Below, piece after piece: positions 41,577 through 50,228 of a DNA stretch of 60,388 bases. The stretch's first letter is position 1. Every line of letters begins with the position of its first letter. A model generated the notes under the pieces. That model had not been told where the DNA came from, made no database searches, and was given only the letters and a program-made list of their open reading frames with translations. The position numbers and the translations under genes were made by a program. The stretch is taken from the NCBI GenBank assembly GCA_964446735.1, contig CAYUQB010000003.1, forward strand, positions 40,897 to 101,284, in the 5' to 3' direction. Source of the DNA: an uncultured Candidatus Saccharibacteria bacterium. GTDB taxonomy: Bacteria > Patescibacteriota > Minisyncoccia > Phycocordibacterales > Phycocordibacteraceae.

Positions 41577-42263
41577 CTACCACCCCGTCTTATCCAGTGC
41601 TGCCTGAGCCGCTACTTGTTCTGCATCTTGCTTAGACTTCCCTGCTCCTCGCGCGACTTCTTCATCACCCAGATATACCCCAACCGTGAACTTCTTATCG
41701 TGATCGGGTCCGACTTCAGCGACGGTGCGGTACGTGGGCGTGGTGCTCCGCTTTTCTTGTGCTGCTTCCTGGAAGCGACTCTTTGCGTCCTGCCACGTAC
41801 GCTTGGCGATAATGTCATCGATCTTTGGATAGAGGGTGCGGGCAACAAATACTTCTGCCGCTTCGTATCCTTGATCGAGATAGATGGCGCCCAGTACGGC
41901 TTCGTATGCGTTCGCGAGAATAATGTCGCGTGCACGACCAGTGTCCTTGGCTTCTCCTTTTGAAAGAAGGAGCATGTCATTCACTCCGAGTCCTCGTGCG
42001 CTTTCGGCAAGCGAAATGGTGTTCACGAGTGCAGCGCGATATGCCGTCAGCTCCCCTTCAGGCTTCTCGGGGAACTTCGTAAAGAGAAAATTCGTGACCA
42101 CAAGTTCGAGTACCGCATCGCCCAAGAATTCAAGGCGTTCATTATGCGATCCTGCCGCTTTATGCTCATTCAAATATGAACGATGCGTCAGCGCCTCGAC
42201 GAGAAGGTCGAGGTTCTGGAATGAGACGCCGAGGCGCTCTGCATGTGCCTTGAATTCGGTCAT
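41577..42263 (-). CDS. rnc: Ribonuclease III
   Basis: ALTHRSY, NERLEFLGDAVL, dsRBD. Confidence 0.97.
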   Translation of the reverse strand: MTEFKAHAERLGVSFQNLDLLVEALTHRSYLNEHKAAGSHNERLEFLGDAVLELVVTNFLFTKFPEKPEGELTAYRAALVNTISLAESARGLGVNDMLLLSKGEAKDTGRARDIILANAYEAVLGAIYLDQGYEAAEVFVARTLYPKIDDIIAKRTWQDAKSRFQEAAQEKRSTTPTYRTVAEVGPDHDKKFTVGVYLGDEEVARGAGKSKQDAEQVAAQAALDKTGW

Positions 42264-42294
42264 GACCGTACACTAGCGCACTTCCTTGAAATTG

Positions 42295-43197
42295 CTACCG
42301 CTTCCCTGCTCGATCCAAAAGCTTCTGCACGGCAGCGGTGACAATGGGGAGCATATCGTCATAGAAATTAAGGTCGAGAATGTCCGGGAGTCGGAACCAT
42401 TTAGCATCATCGAGTCCCCCGCTCTTCTTGAGTGTTACCGGCTCCCAGGGTGAGGACACCAGGAAGAAGTACACATGCTTCCTGATCTTGCCCTTTTCGG
42501 GATGCGACGCGACATATTCGTTCTCGCCTACCTGTTCCTCTACCGTCACGTTCTCAAGGCCAAGCTCCTCAGCAACGACTCTCTTTACCCCTACCTCGGG
42601 AGTGGGATCGGTTTCGATGTGCCCCTTAGATAGGGTCCACCGACCAAAGATGTCGTGGACGAGTGCGAGGTAGAACTGACCATCATGCTCTGCATAGACG
42701 ATGGCGCCACCGAGCTTCTCAAGCGGAAGATCTTCGCGCTTCACGCGTTCTTTCTTCCCTACCTCATCTTTGCCCGGCTCCCCTAATTCTTTATATACAG
42801 CACCGAGCACTCCGTTGACGAACCGACCGGACGAATCGCCGCCGAACACCTTCGCGAGCTCGATTGCTTCGTTGATGGCGACTTTCGCAGGTACTTGAGA
42901 ACGATCGGCAAAGAGTAGTTCATACAAACCGATGCGGAGAATGTTTCGGTCAACCGGTGCAATTTTAGCGAGTGGCCAATCAGGTGCTGCTTTCTCGATA
43001 ACGAGATCGAGGTCTGGGCGCTTGGCGAGTACGCCTTGCATGAGAGTTTCCATAAATGGCCGATCGGTCTCATCACCTCCGAACTCTTCGACGTTGCGCA
43101 TAAGGATCTCGTTCGCCGCCGTGTCGTCGGCATGCGTGGTGTCCCACTCAAACAAAGTCTGGAGAACAACTGAACGGGCTAGGTGCCGATTGGCCAT
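42295..43197 (-). CDS. nusB: Transcription antitermination factor NusB fused to a NUDIX domain
   Basis: RHLARS..LQ.LFE, VDRNILR, VAINEAIELAK.FG, FVNGVLG; C-terminal KGHIE...AEELGL. Confidence 0.9.
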   Translation of the reverse strand: MANRHLARSVVLQTLFEWDTTHADDTAANEILMRNVEEFGGDETDRPFMETLMQGVLAKRPDLDLVIEKAAPDWPLAKIAPVDRNILRIGLYELLFADRSQVPAKVAINEAIELAKVFGGDSSGRFVNGVLGAVYKELGEPGKDEVGKKERVKREDLPLEKLGGAIVYAEHDGQFYLALVHDIFGRWTLSKGHIETDPTPEVGVKRVVAEELGLENVTVEEQVGENEYVASHPEKGKIRKHVYFFLVSSPWEPVTLKKSGGLDDAKWFRLPDILDLNFYDDMLPIVTAAVQKLLDRAGKR

Positions 43198-43280
43198 AAA
43201 GAGCTGTGTCTTACACAATACCGCACTTGAGTAAAAAGACACCGTGAAGAGATATCCACGCGTGTGCATAAGAATGTACT

Positions 43281-43317
43281 AAACACACACGAGCCGCAGT
43301 GCGGCTCGTGTGTGTTT
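43281..43317 (-). terminator. rpmF terminator
   Basis: 17-bp perfect arms AAACACACACGAGCCGC-AGT-GCGGCTCGTGTGTGTTT. Confidence 0.75.
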
Positions 43318-43333
43318 GAAGCGATGCGAAGCG

Positions 43334-43699
43334 TTAGCCTCCTGCTTGTCCGCCCATGCCGCTGCGTGCCTTCGCACGTCCGGTGACCATGCGACCGAGT
43401 ACCCCCTGACTCTTGCGCTCGCGATCTTCGGTCTTCACGTCGTGCTTCACTGCCGGCGGATTGGTGTTCTCCCCGTGCTCGTGTTCGACTGCTTTCGACT
43501 TCTTTTTCTTTTCTTCCTTTTTCAATTCCTTCTTCGCGACAATCTGCTTACCGCGGTACATGCCCGTTGTTTCATCGAGACGATGAGGGAGGCGAAGGTT
43601 TCCGCTTTCCTTATCAGCAACGACTGAGGCTGCCGTAATAGCATGATGGCTCCGGCGATTGCGGGTATGGGAACGGGTGTGACGCATTCGAACTGACAT
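43334..43699 (-). CDS. rpmF: 50S ribosomal protein L32 (Zn-free type) with long C-terminal extension
   Basis: MSVRMRHTRSHTRNRRSH...LPHR....GMYRGKQI. Confidence 0.85.
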   Translation of the reverse strand: MSVRMRHTRSHTRNRRSHHAITAASVVADKESGNLRLPHRLDETTGMYRGKQIVAKKELKKEEKKKKSKAVEHEHGENTNPPAVKHDVKTEDRERKSQGVLGRMVTGRAKARSGMGGQAGG

Positions 43700-43847
43700 G
43701 AGGCATACCCTACCACAGGGCCTTATTCCTCGCCAGTCTTACGCACCAACTCCCCTTGCCGAACGATACCCGTGTGGGAAGCTATATACAGGCCCGCTCT
43801 CGTTCCGTGGGGGAATGAGCGGCCTGAACGCAGTAAAAGGTGTTGCC

Positions 43848-43952
43848 ATGTTGAAATACTGGACGAGTCACCTGATGGTGCAACACGTGCGGAGGATGCA
43901 AGCGATGAACTTCCACCGCAAGGGCGCCAAACGCAAACCGCCGCCGTCATAA
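43848..43952 (+). CDS. Putative small basic peptide, 34 aa (45 aa if ATG 43815)
   Basis: MLKYWTSHLMVQHVRRMQAMNFHRKGAKRKPPPS; AAAGGTGTTGCC-ATG context like other orphan units. Confidence 0.35.
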   Translation: MLKYWTSHLMVQHVRRMQAMNFHRKGAKRKPPPS

Positions 43953-44053
43953 CGGCACGCACCCGTCTCCCGAGGAGACACCAGGAGTTCAGGCAGAACG
44001 CCTTGGAACCTGCACACACTGAGGGCCGCCGACCAGTTCGGCGGCCCACTCAC

Positions 44054-44629
44054 CTATACATGGAGAAATGTTTTTCGATGGATCTCACAGGGTCCATGCG
44101 TACGGATACGTTCGTAGTGAAGTTTCGTCCCATACCCCTTATGAACCTCGAAGCTGTAGTGCGGAAATACTAGCGCAATCTTTTTCATATACCGGTCCCG
44201 CGTTACCTTCGCCGCAATTGATGCAAGCATGATCACCGGCGCAATGCCGTCCCCTCCGATAATAGTTTCTTGGCGGTATTCAGGAGGTGCTCGAAGGGAA
44301 CCATCCAGAAGTACGTTCCCATCTTCCGGATTTGGAAGAAGTGCTTCCACACCTGCGGCAACTGCAGCACGCACGACTGGCGCGATACCGTGTGTATCAA
44401 TCTTCTGTGCACTTGAAAGGCGTACGACCGCGTGCACTCGGCCTGCGTGCATCTCTTGTTGCAGGAGTGCGAATAGCTTTTCACGTCGCTTTTCGGAGAG
44501 TTTCTTCGAGTCATTGAGTCCCGGAAATGCGGAAAGAACATCGAACCCCTCTTCGACCCGAACAATTCCTACCGCGACTGGTCCGGCCAAGGGTCCCCTC
44601 CCTGCTTCGTCCACACCCACGAGATACAT
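44054..44629 (-). CDS. rnhB: Ribonuclease HII
   Basis: GVDEAGRGPLAGPV, DSKKLS, AASI-like LASIAAKVTRD, HKGYGT. Confidence 0.95.
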   Translation of the reverse strand: MYLVGVDEAGRGPLAGPVAVGIVRVEEGFDVLSAFPGLNDSKKLSEKRREKLFALLQQEMHAGRVHAVVRLSSAQKIDTHGIAPVVRAAVAAGVEALLPNPEDGNVLLDGSLRAPPEYRQETIIGGDGIAPVIMLASIAAKVTRDRYMKKIALVFPHYSFEVHKGYGTKLHYERIRTHGPCEIHRKTFLHV

Positions 44630-44672
44630 GCGTCTAGGATACCAGTCAGGACAGTTTTGGTATCCTTGAGGG

Positions 44673-47600
44673 ATGTCAGGGAAATTCGTTCACCTCCACA
44701 CACATTCACACTATTCCTTCCTGCAGGCACTCCCGAAGGTTCCTGAGCTCGTGAAGGCCGCAAAGGCAGCCGGTATGCCGGCGCTCGGACTTACGGACTC
44801 TGGCAATCTTCATGGGGTCGTCGAGTTCTATAAGGTGGCGAACAAGGCTGGGGTGAAACCTATCATTGGCGTAGATGCCTACGTCGCACATCGTTCGCGC
44901 TTTGATAAGGGAACGGGAGATGAACAGAAACGCTCCCGGCTTGTGCTGCTCGCAGAAAACAACGAAGGGTATCGAAACCTCATGGTGCTCGTTACCAAAG
45001 CCTTCACCGAAGGACTCTTCGATCGTCCACGCATGGATAAGGAATTACTGCGTGCGCATCATGCGGGTCTTATTGCGATTATTCCTTCATTTGCCGGCGA
45101 AGTAGCACAGCACCTTAAGGCAGGAGATGCGGCGGGAGCCGGTGCTGCGCTTGCTGAATACGTGAGCATATTCGGAAAAGACAATGTCTTTCTTGAGATT
45201 ACGCATCACCCCAAAGTATCTGGACACGAGGGACGTATGGATGCGATTAAGGAGCTCGCGAAGACCGGGGGGGTTCCGCTTCTCGCCCAGCACGACGTCT
45301 ACTATCTCCGCCCATCCGACCGAGAAGCAACCGAAGTCATGCGGCGCATTGCTCATGGTTCTGAAGGTAGAAACGAAGAGGAAGATTTCTCCTTCGTAAA
45401 AGAAGAGCAGATGAAGAAGTGGTTTGCAGACGTACCGGATGCCGTCATGCGCTCGGGTGACATTGCCGAACGATGTACAGTAACCCTTGAGCTTGGTGGA
45501 TGGAACTTCCCTGCCATCCCTACCGAACCGAACAAGACCCACGGACAGATGCTGCGTGAACAAACCTATGCGGGACTTGAACTCCGTGGCATGGAGCGAA
45601 CCAAGGAAGTAGAGGACCGTATTGAATATGAACTTGAAGTCATTATCGGCAAGGGGTTTGCACCCTACTTCCTTGCGGTCTCGGATCTCCTTACCTTTGC
45701 GAAAGAATCAGGCATCCTTTCTACGACGCGCGGTTCGGCAGCCGGCTCCCTCGTCTCCTATCTCACGGGAATTACGAACGTTGACCCGCTGTTTTATAAA
45801 CTACCGTTTGAGCGCTTCCTTAACCCCGAGCGCCCCAAGGCACCGGACATCGACATGGACTATGCCGATAACCGTCGGGACGAAATGATCCAGTACGCGA
45901 AGCGTAAGTACGGTGATGACCACGTCGCACAGATTGGTACCTTCGGCACCATGATGGCGCGCGCTGCGGTCAGAGATGTGGCGCGCGCGCTTGGTCACGC
46001 ATACCGCACCGGTGACCAGATCGCCAAACTAATTCCGCTTGGAAGCCAGGGATTTCCGATGACTATCGAACGAGCACTCACCCTCGAGCCGGAACTTAAG
46101 AAACTCTACGACGAAGATGAGGACGCGCGCGAAGTCATCGACCTGGCCCAACAGATGGAAGGATGTGTGCGACATACGGGAGTGCATGCGGCAGGGGTCG
46201 TTATCTCCCCTACTCCGCTCACCGACTGGACACCGCTCCAGACTGACCCCAAGACCGGAAAGCTCATCACACAGTACGACATGCATGCAGTTGAAGAAGT
46301 CGGCCTGCTTAAGTTCGACTTCCTCGGCATCAAGAATCTCGCTATCCTCGCGGATGCTATTGAACGCGTGAAGGCGACTCGTGAAGAAGTCATCGATATT
46401 GAAAACATTCCGCTTGATGACGCAAAGACCTTTGAGATGCTCGCGCGTGGCGAGACTGAAGGCACCTTCCAGCTGAACGGCTCGGGTATGACTCGCTACC
46501 TTAAGGAGCTCCGCCCCACCACCATCCATGACATCAACGCCATGGTGGCCTTGTATCGTCCTGGACCTATGGAAACCATTCCGCAGTACATCGAGCGCAA
46601 ACGGAATGCGAACCTCGTTCGGTATCTTGATCCGCGCATGAAGGACTATCTCGACGCGTCATACGGTCTCTTGGTGTATCAAGACGACGTGCTCCTTACC
46701 GCTATTACGCTTGGTGGGTACTCCTGGCTTGAGGCAGATACGCTTCGCAAGGCGATGGGTAAGAAGATCCCTGCGGAGATGGAGGCACAGAAGGAGAAGT
46801 TGCTCAAGGGCTTTGCAGAGTACGGGAAGCTCTCAAAGGAAAAGGGTGAGCAACTCTGGAAGCTCATCGAACCATTCGCTGCGTACGGGTTCAATAAGGC
46901 GCATGCCGCCTGTTACGGCAAAGTGGCGTACCAAACGGCATACATGAAAGCCAACTACCCGGTTGAATACATGGCGGCGGTGCTCACCGCAGATGCGGGC
47001 GACACCGACTCTATCGCCATCTTCGTTGCTGAGTGTGAGCGTATGGGTATTCCGGTGCTTCCCCCTGACGTAAACGAATCAGGTCCTGACTTCACGGTCG
47101 CAGGAAACGCAAAGGACACCATCCGCTTCGGACTGACATCGATTAAGAACTTTGGTGAAGGTATATCGCAGGCGATACAGGAAGAGCGCGCGCACGGTCC
47201 GTTCACGAGCCTTTCGGATTTTCTTTCGCGAGTTCGTTCACGGAACCTAAACCGCAAGTCTTTGGAATGTCTCATCAAGTCTGGTGCGCTCGATCGCTTC
47301 GGTGAGCGCTCACACTTGCTTTCCCATATTGAAACCCTGCTGGCATTTCATAAGGATGCGACCGCAGAGGCGACCCAGGACTCGCTCTTTGGCGCGATGG
47401 CCTTCGCTGCACCCGAATTGAAACTACCAGGCGCCGAACGTCCAACTTCCCTTTCGGATAAGCTTGCATGGGAACGAGAACTCCTGGGTATCTATGTGTC
47501 CGGACATCCACTGGATAGTCATATGGATAAGATCGCGAAGGCGGCGACTACTATCGGTGCGATCAAAGCGGAACCGCAGCCAGGCCTTCCTGTTATCCTC

Positions 47601-47828
47601 CCCGTACTGGTCCAAGAAGTCCGTACGATTCTCACAAAGAATGGGGAAAAAATGGCATTCGTGAAGTTTGAAGATAAGACAAACTCAATCGAGGGCGTCA
47701 TCTTTCCAAAGATCTACAAAGAACACGGAGTATCAATACAAGTGGGCCAGTGTCTTCTCGTGAAGTCGATCGTGAGCAATCGAAACGGAGAACTCTCACT
47801 TGCGATAGAGAATTTGAAAGCATTGTGA
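44673..47828 (+). CDS. dnaE: DNA polymerase III alpha subunit
   Basis: PHP HLHTHSHYS, RGSAAGSLV, PDIDMD, GLLKFDFLG, YGFNKAHA, OB fold. Confidence 0.97.
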   Translation: MSGKFVHLHTHSHYSFLQALPKVPELVKAAKAAGMPALGLTDSGNLHGVVEFYKVANKAGVKPIIGVDAYVAHRSRFDKGTGDEQKRSRLVLLAENNEGYRNLMVLVTKAFTEGLFDRPRMDKELLRAHHAGLIAIIPSFAGEVAQHLKAGDAAGAGAALAEYVSIFGKDNVFLEITHHPKVSGHEGRMDAIKELAKTGGVPLLAQHDVYYLRPSDREATEVMRRIAHGSEGRNEEEDFSFVKEEQMKKWFADVPDAVMRSGDIAERCTVTLELGGWNFPAIPTEPNKTHGQMLREQTYAGLELRGMERTKEVEDRIEYELEVIIGKGFAPYFLAVSDLLTFAKESGILSTTRGSAAGSLVSYLTGITNVDPLFYKLPFERFLNPERPKAPDIDMDYADNRRDEMIQYAKRKYGDDHVAQIGTFGTMMARAAVRDVARALGHAYRTGDQIAKLIPLGSQGFPMTIERALTLEPELKKLYDEDEDAREVIDLAQQMEGCVRHTGVHAAGVVISPTPLTDWTPLQTDPKTGKLITQYDMHAVEEVGLLKFDFLGIKNLAILADAIERVKATREEVIDIENIPLDDAKTFEMLARGETEGTFQLNGSGMTRYLKELRPTTIHDINAMVALYRPGPMETIPQYIERKRNANLVRYLDPRMKDYLDASYGLLVYQDDVLLTAITLGGYSWLEADTLRKAMGKKIPAEMEAQKEKLLKGFAEYGKLSKEKGEQLWKLIEPFAAYGFNKAHAACYGKVAYQTAYMKANYPVEYMAAVLTADAGDTDSIAIFVAECERMGIPVLPPDVNESGPDFTVAGNAKDTIRFGLTSIKNFGEGISQAIQEERAHGPFTSLSDFLSRVRSRNLNRKSLECLIKSGALDRFGERSHLLSHIETLLAFHKDATAEATQDSLFGAMAFAAPELKLPGAERPTSLSDKLAWERELLGIYVSGHPLDSHMDKIAKAATTIGAIKAEPQPGLPVILPVLVQEVRTILTKNGEKMAFVKFEDKTNSIEGVIFPKIYKEHGVSIQVGQCLLVKSIVSNRNGELSLAIENLKAL

Positions 47829-47865
47829 TGTAATACGGGAATCTCGACCAAGGAGGGTTACGGAG

Positions 47866-48030
47866 ATGTGGCGTATGCGACAACGACGCCTGCTCAGACG
47901 AGCGCTGCGGAAGACCCGCCAGGAGGCGGGCAACCGAACGGTCCGAAGCAGGAAGAGCAAGGCGCGTATCAAGCGAGATCAACCCAGGTGCTCAACGAAC
48001 AAGAAGCGGCCTCGGGGTTGGTGGTGGTGA
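47866..48030 (+). CDS. Arg/Lys-rich peptide, 54 aa, not in the ORF track
   Basis: MWRMRQRRLLRRALRKTRQEAGNRTVRSRKSKARIKRDQPRCSTNKKRPRGWWW; AAGGAGGG and GGAG upstream; hairpin 48044-48074 after the stop. Confidence 0.55.
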   Translation: MWRMRQRRLLRRALRKTRQEAGNRTVRSRKSKARIKRDQPRCSTNKKRPRGWWW

Positions 48031-48104
48031 TCACCGTGTGCGTTCGGGCGGCCCTTTCGGAGCCGCCCACACGCTTTTACGTCGCGCATGCTATCCTCTT
48101 TTTC

Positions 48105-49853
48105 ATGGCCTCGCTTGAGGAAAAACGTCACACCCTCGCGCATCTACTAGCGGCTGCCGTGCTTGAACGCTACCCGCACGCCAAGCCCACGCTTGGTCCT
48201 GCGATTGATACCGGGTTTTATTACGACTTCGACTTCTCCGCTGGAGAAGCGCCGAAAGAAGCAGATCTTGCGGCGCTCGAGGACGCAATGCGCGATCTCC
48301 TTTCTTCGTGGACCGAGATGGCTGGTACGGAAGTATCAGAAAAAGATGCCCGGGATCGGTTTTCGGATAACCCCTACAAGCTGGAACTGATTAGCGGGAT
48401 TGTCGAAGCTGGTGAGCCTATTACGCTCTACACCGCCGGAAACTTTACCGATCTATGTCGAGGTGGACACAGCGAGACCCCCGCACACGACATAAAGGCC
48501 GACACATTTGCACTCGATCGCATCGCGGGAGCGTACTGGCGTGGTGACGAGACGAAGCCAATGCTTACTCGGATCTATGGACTTGCCTTTAGCACCAAGG
48601 AAGAACTCGAAGAACACCGAGCCAGAATAGAGGAAGCGAAGAAACGTGATCACCGCAAGCTTGGCGTGGAGCTCGACCTCTTCACCTTCTCTCCGCTCGT
48701 CGGTTCAGGACTTCCTCTCTATACCCCCAATGGAACCATTATGCGTGAGGAGCTTGCGCGCTATTCAGAGGAACTTCAGCGCGCGCACGGATTTAAGAAA
48801 GTGTGGATCCCACACATTACAAAGACTGATTTGTATAAAACATCCGGGCACTGGGACAAGTTCGGTGATGAGCTCTTCCTCGTCAAAAGTCAGGAGTCAT
48901 CGGACGAGTTCGTCATGAAGCCAATGAACTGCCCGCATCACACCCAAATCTACGCAAGTAAGCCGCGTAGCTACCGTGACCTCCCTATCCGGTACATGGA
49001 AACCACTACCTGCTACCGCGACGAAAAGACTGGTGAGCTGTCGGGCCTTACGCGCGTCCGTTCCCTGACCCAAGATGATGCACATGTGTTCTGTACGATG
49101 GATCAGATCGAGCAGGAGTTTGAAAACATCATGTCCATGATCAAGGAAATGTATGACACGCTCGGCCTTTCCTTCCGTGCACGTCTTTCCTTTAGTGACC
49201 CAGAGCACCCGGAAAAATACTTAGGGGAAAAAGCGGTATGGGCTCAGGCAGAGGAAACCCTTGAGAGCATTACAAAAAAACTTGGTCTTGAATATGAAAT
49301 CGCTCCAGGCGAAGCGGCGTTCTATGGCCCGAAGATCGACATCATGGTCACCGATGCACTCGGTCGGGAGTGGCAATGCGCAACGGAACAACTCGACTTC
49401 GTACAACCTGCGCGTTTCTCTCTTGAATACACCGCCGAGGATGGTACGAAGAAAACACCCGTGATGATTCATAAGGCACTCCTTGGTACCATCGATCGTT
49501 TTATGGGTGTCTACATAGAACACACAGGAGGACAGTTCCCAGTCTGGCTTTCACCGGTTCAGGCAACGGTGCTTCCGGTGTCCGAAAAGCATCTTGAATA
49601 CGCCAAAAAAGTCGCTGATGCACTCAGCGTGCAGGACGTACGAGCTGAAGTCGATACAGCAAATGAATCGCTCGGAAAAAAGATCCGAAACGCCAAGCAA
49701 CAGAAGATTCCGTATCTGCTTGTCGTGGGAGATAAAGAGGCTGAGAGCGATACCGTCACGGTTGAGATGCGGGGAGACGAAAAGCTTGGAGCGTTGAAAC
49801 TCTCTGAATTCACAGAACGGATTACACGAGAGATCAAAGAACGCAGTCTATAA
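48105..49853 (+). CDS. thrS: Threonine--tRNA ligase
   Basis: RHTLAHLLAAAV, DLCRGGH, KPMNCPHH, TRVRSLTQDDAH, AAFYGPKID; start 48105 with TATCCT box 7 nt upstream. Confidence 0.97.
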   Translation: MASLEEKRHTLAHLLAAAVLERYPHAKPTLGPAIDTGFYYDFDFSAGEAPKEADLAALEDAMRDLLSSWTEMAGTEVSEKDARDRFSDNPYKLELISGIVEAGEPITLYTAGNFTDLCRGGHSETPAHDIKADTFALDRIAGAYWRGDETKPMLTRIYGLAFSTKEELEEHRARIEEAKKRDHRKLGVELDLFTFSPLVGSGLPLYTPNGTIMREELARYSEELQRAHGFKKVWIPHITKTDLYKTSGHWDKFGDELFLVKSQESSDEFVMKPMNCPHHTQIYASKPRSYRDLPIRYMETTTCYRDEKTGELSGLTRVRSLTQDDAHVFCTMDQIEQEFENIMSMIKEMYDTLGLSFRARLSFSDPEHPEKYLGEKAVWAQAEETLESITKKLGLEYEIAPGEAAFYGPKIDIMVTDALGREWQCATEQLDFVQPARFSLEYTAEDGTKKTPVMIHKALLGTIDRFMGVYIEHTGGQFPVWLSPVQATVLPVSEKHLEYAKKVADALSVQDVRAEVDTANESLGKKIRNAKQQKIPYLLVVGDKEAESDTVTVEMRGDEKLGALKLSEFTERITREIKERSL

Positions 49854-49911
49854 CGAAACAGCGCCGGTCCCCCAACGGGCCGGCGCGTTTTTCTTCTTGC
49901 TGTTCGTGCTG

Positions 49912-50133
49912 CTAGTGGTTCTCCAGCATGCTCTCGATTACCGCGTCAGGATCCTGAAGCAGCGTCGAGGCACGACTAGTGAAGTTCGCCTCCTCTTCCG
50001 TCGCTGCGGACTGATCGGACATGGCGCCGAGGGCCATGAGTGCGATCAGCGCTCCAGCTCCAAGAAGAAGCGGCGAGAGCGGAAACGGGTTCCGACGGAA
50101 CCCACGTTGCGGCACGGGCCGATGAATCGTCAT
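49912..50133 (-). CDS. Small single-TM protein, 73 aa (orphan unit)
   Basis: SD GGGGAGG 8 nt before ATG; one hydrophobic helix. Confidence 0.55.
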   Translation of the reverse strand: MTIHRPVPQRGFRRNPFPLSPLLLGAGALIALMALGAMSDQSAATEEEANFTSRASTLLQDPDAVIESMLENH

Positions 50134-50180
50134 GTGCAATACCTCCCCAAACCTATCCGCTACCCTACTCCCTCTGGGGT

Positions 50181-50219
50181 AAAAAGAAAGACCCCTCCTG
50201 TGGAGGGGTCTTTCTTTTT
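50181..50219. terminator. Perfect 18-bp hairpin terminator
   Basis: AAAAAGAAAGACCCCTCC-TGT-GGAGGGGTCTTTCTTTTT. Confidence 0.85.
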
Positions 50220-50228
50220 TCGGATGTT

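Noticed and set aside
43723-44049. 108-aa minus-strand ORF between rnhB and rpmF
   Set aside because: It starts inside the rnhB terminator hairpin, has no SD or -10 box and has a noise-like composition
47866-48074. Amino-acid attenuator leader for thrS
   Set aside because: The peptide is Arg/Trp-rich, not Thr-rich, and thrS has its own predicted promoter downstream of the hairpin
47868-48104. 79-aa N-terminal extension of ThrRS
   Set aside because: It crosses a hairpin and an SD-led peptide ORF in another frame; the TATCCT box points to ATG 48105
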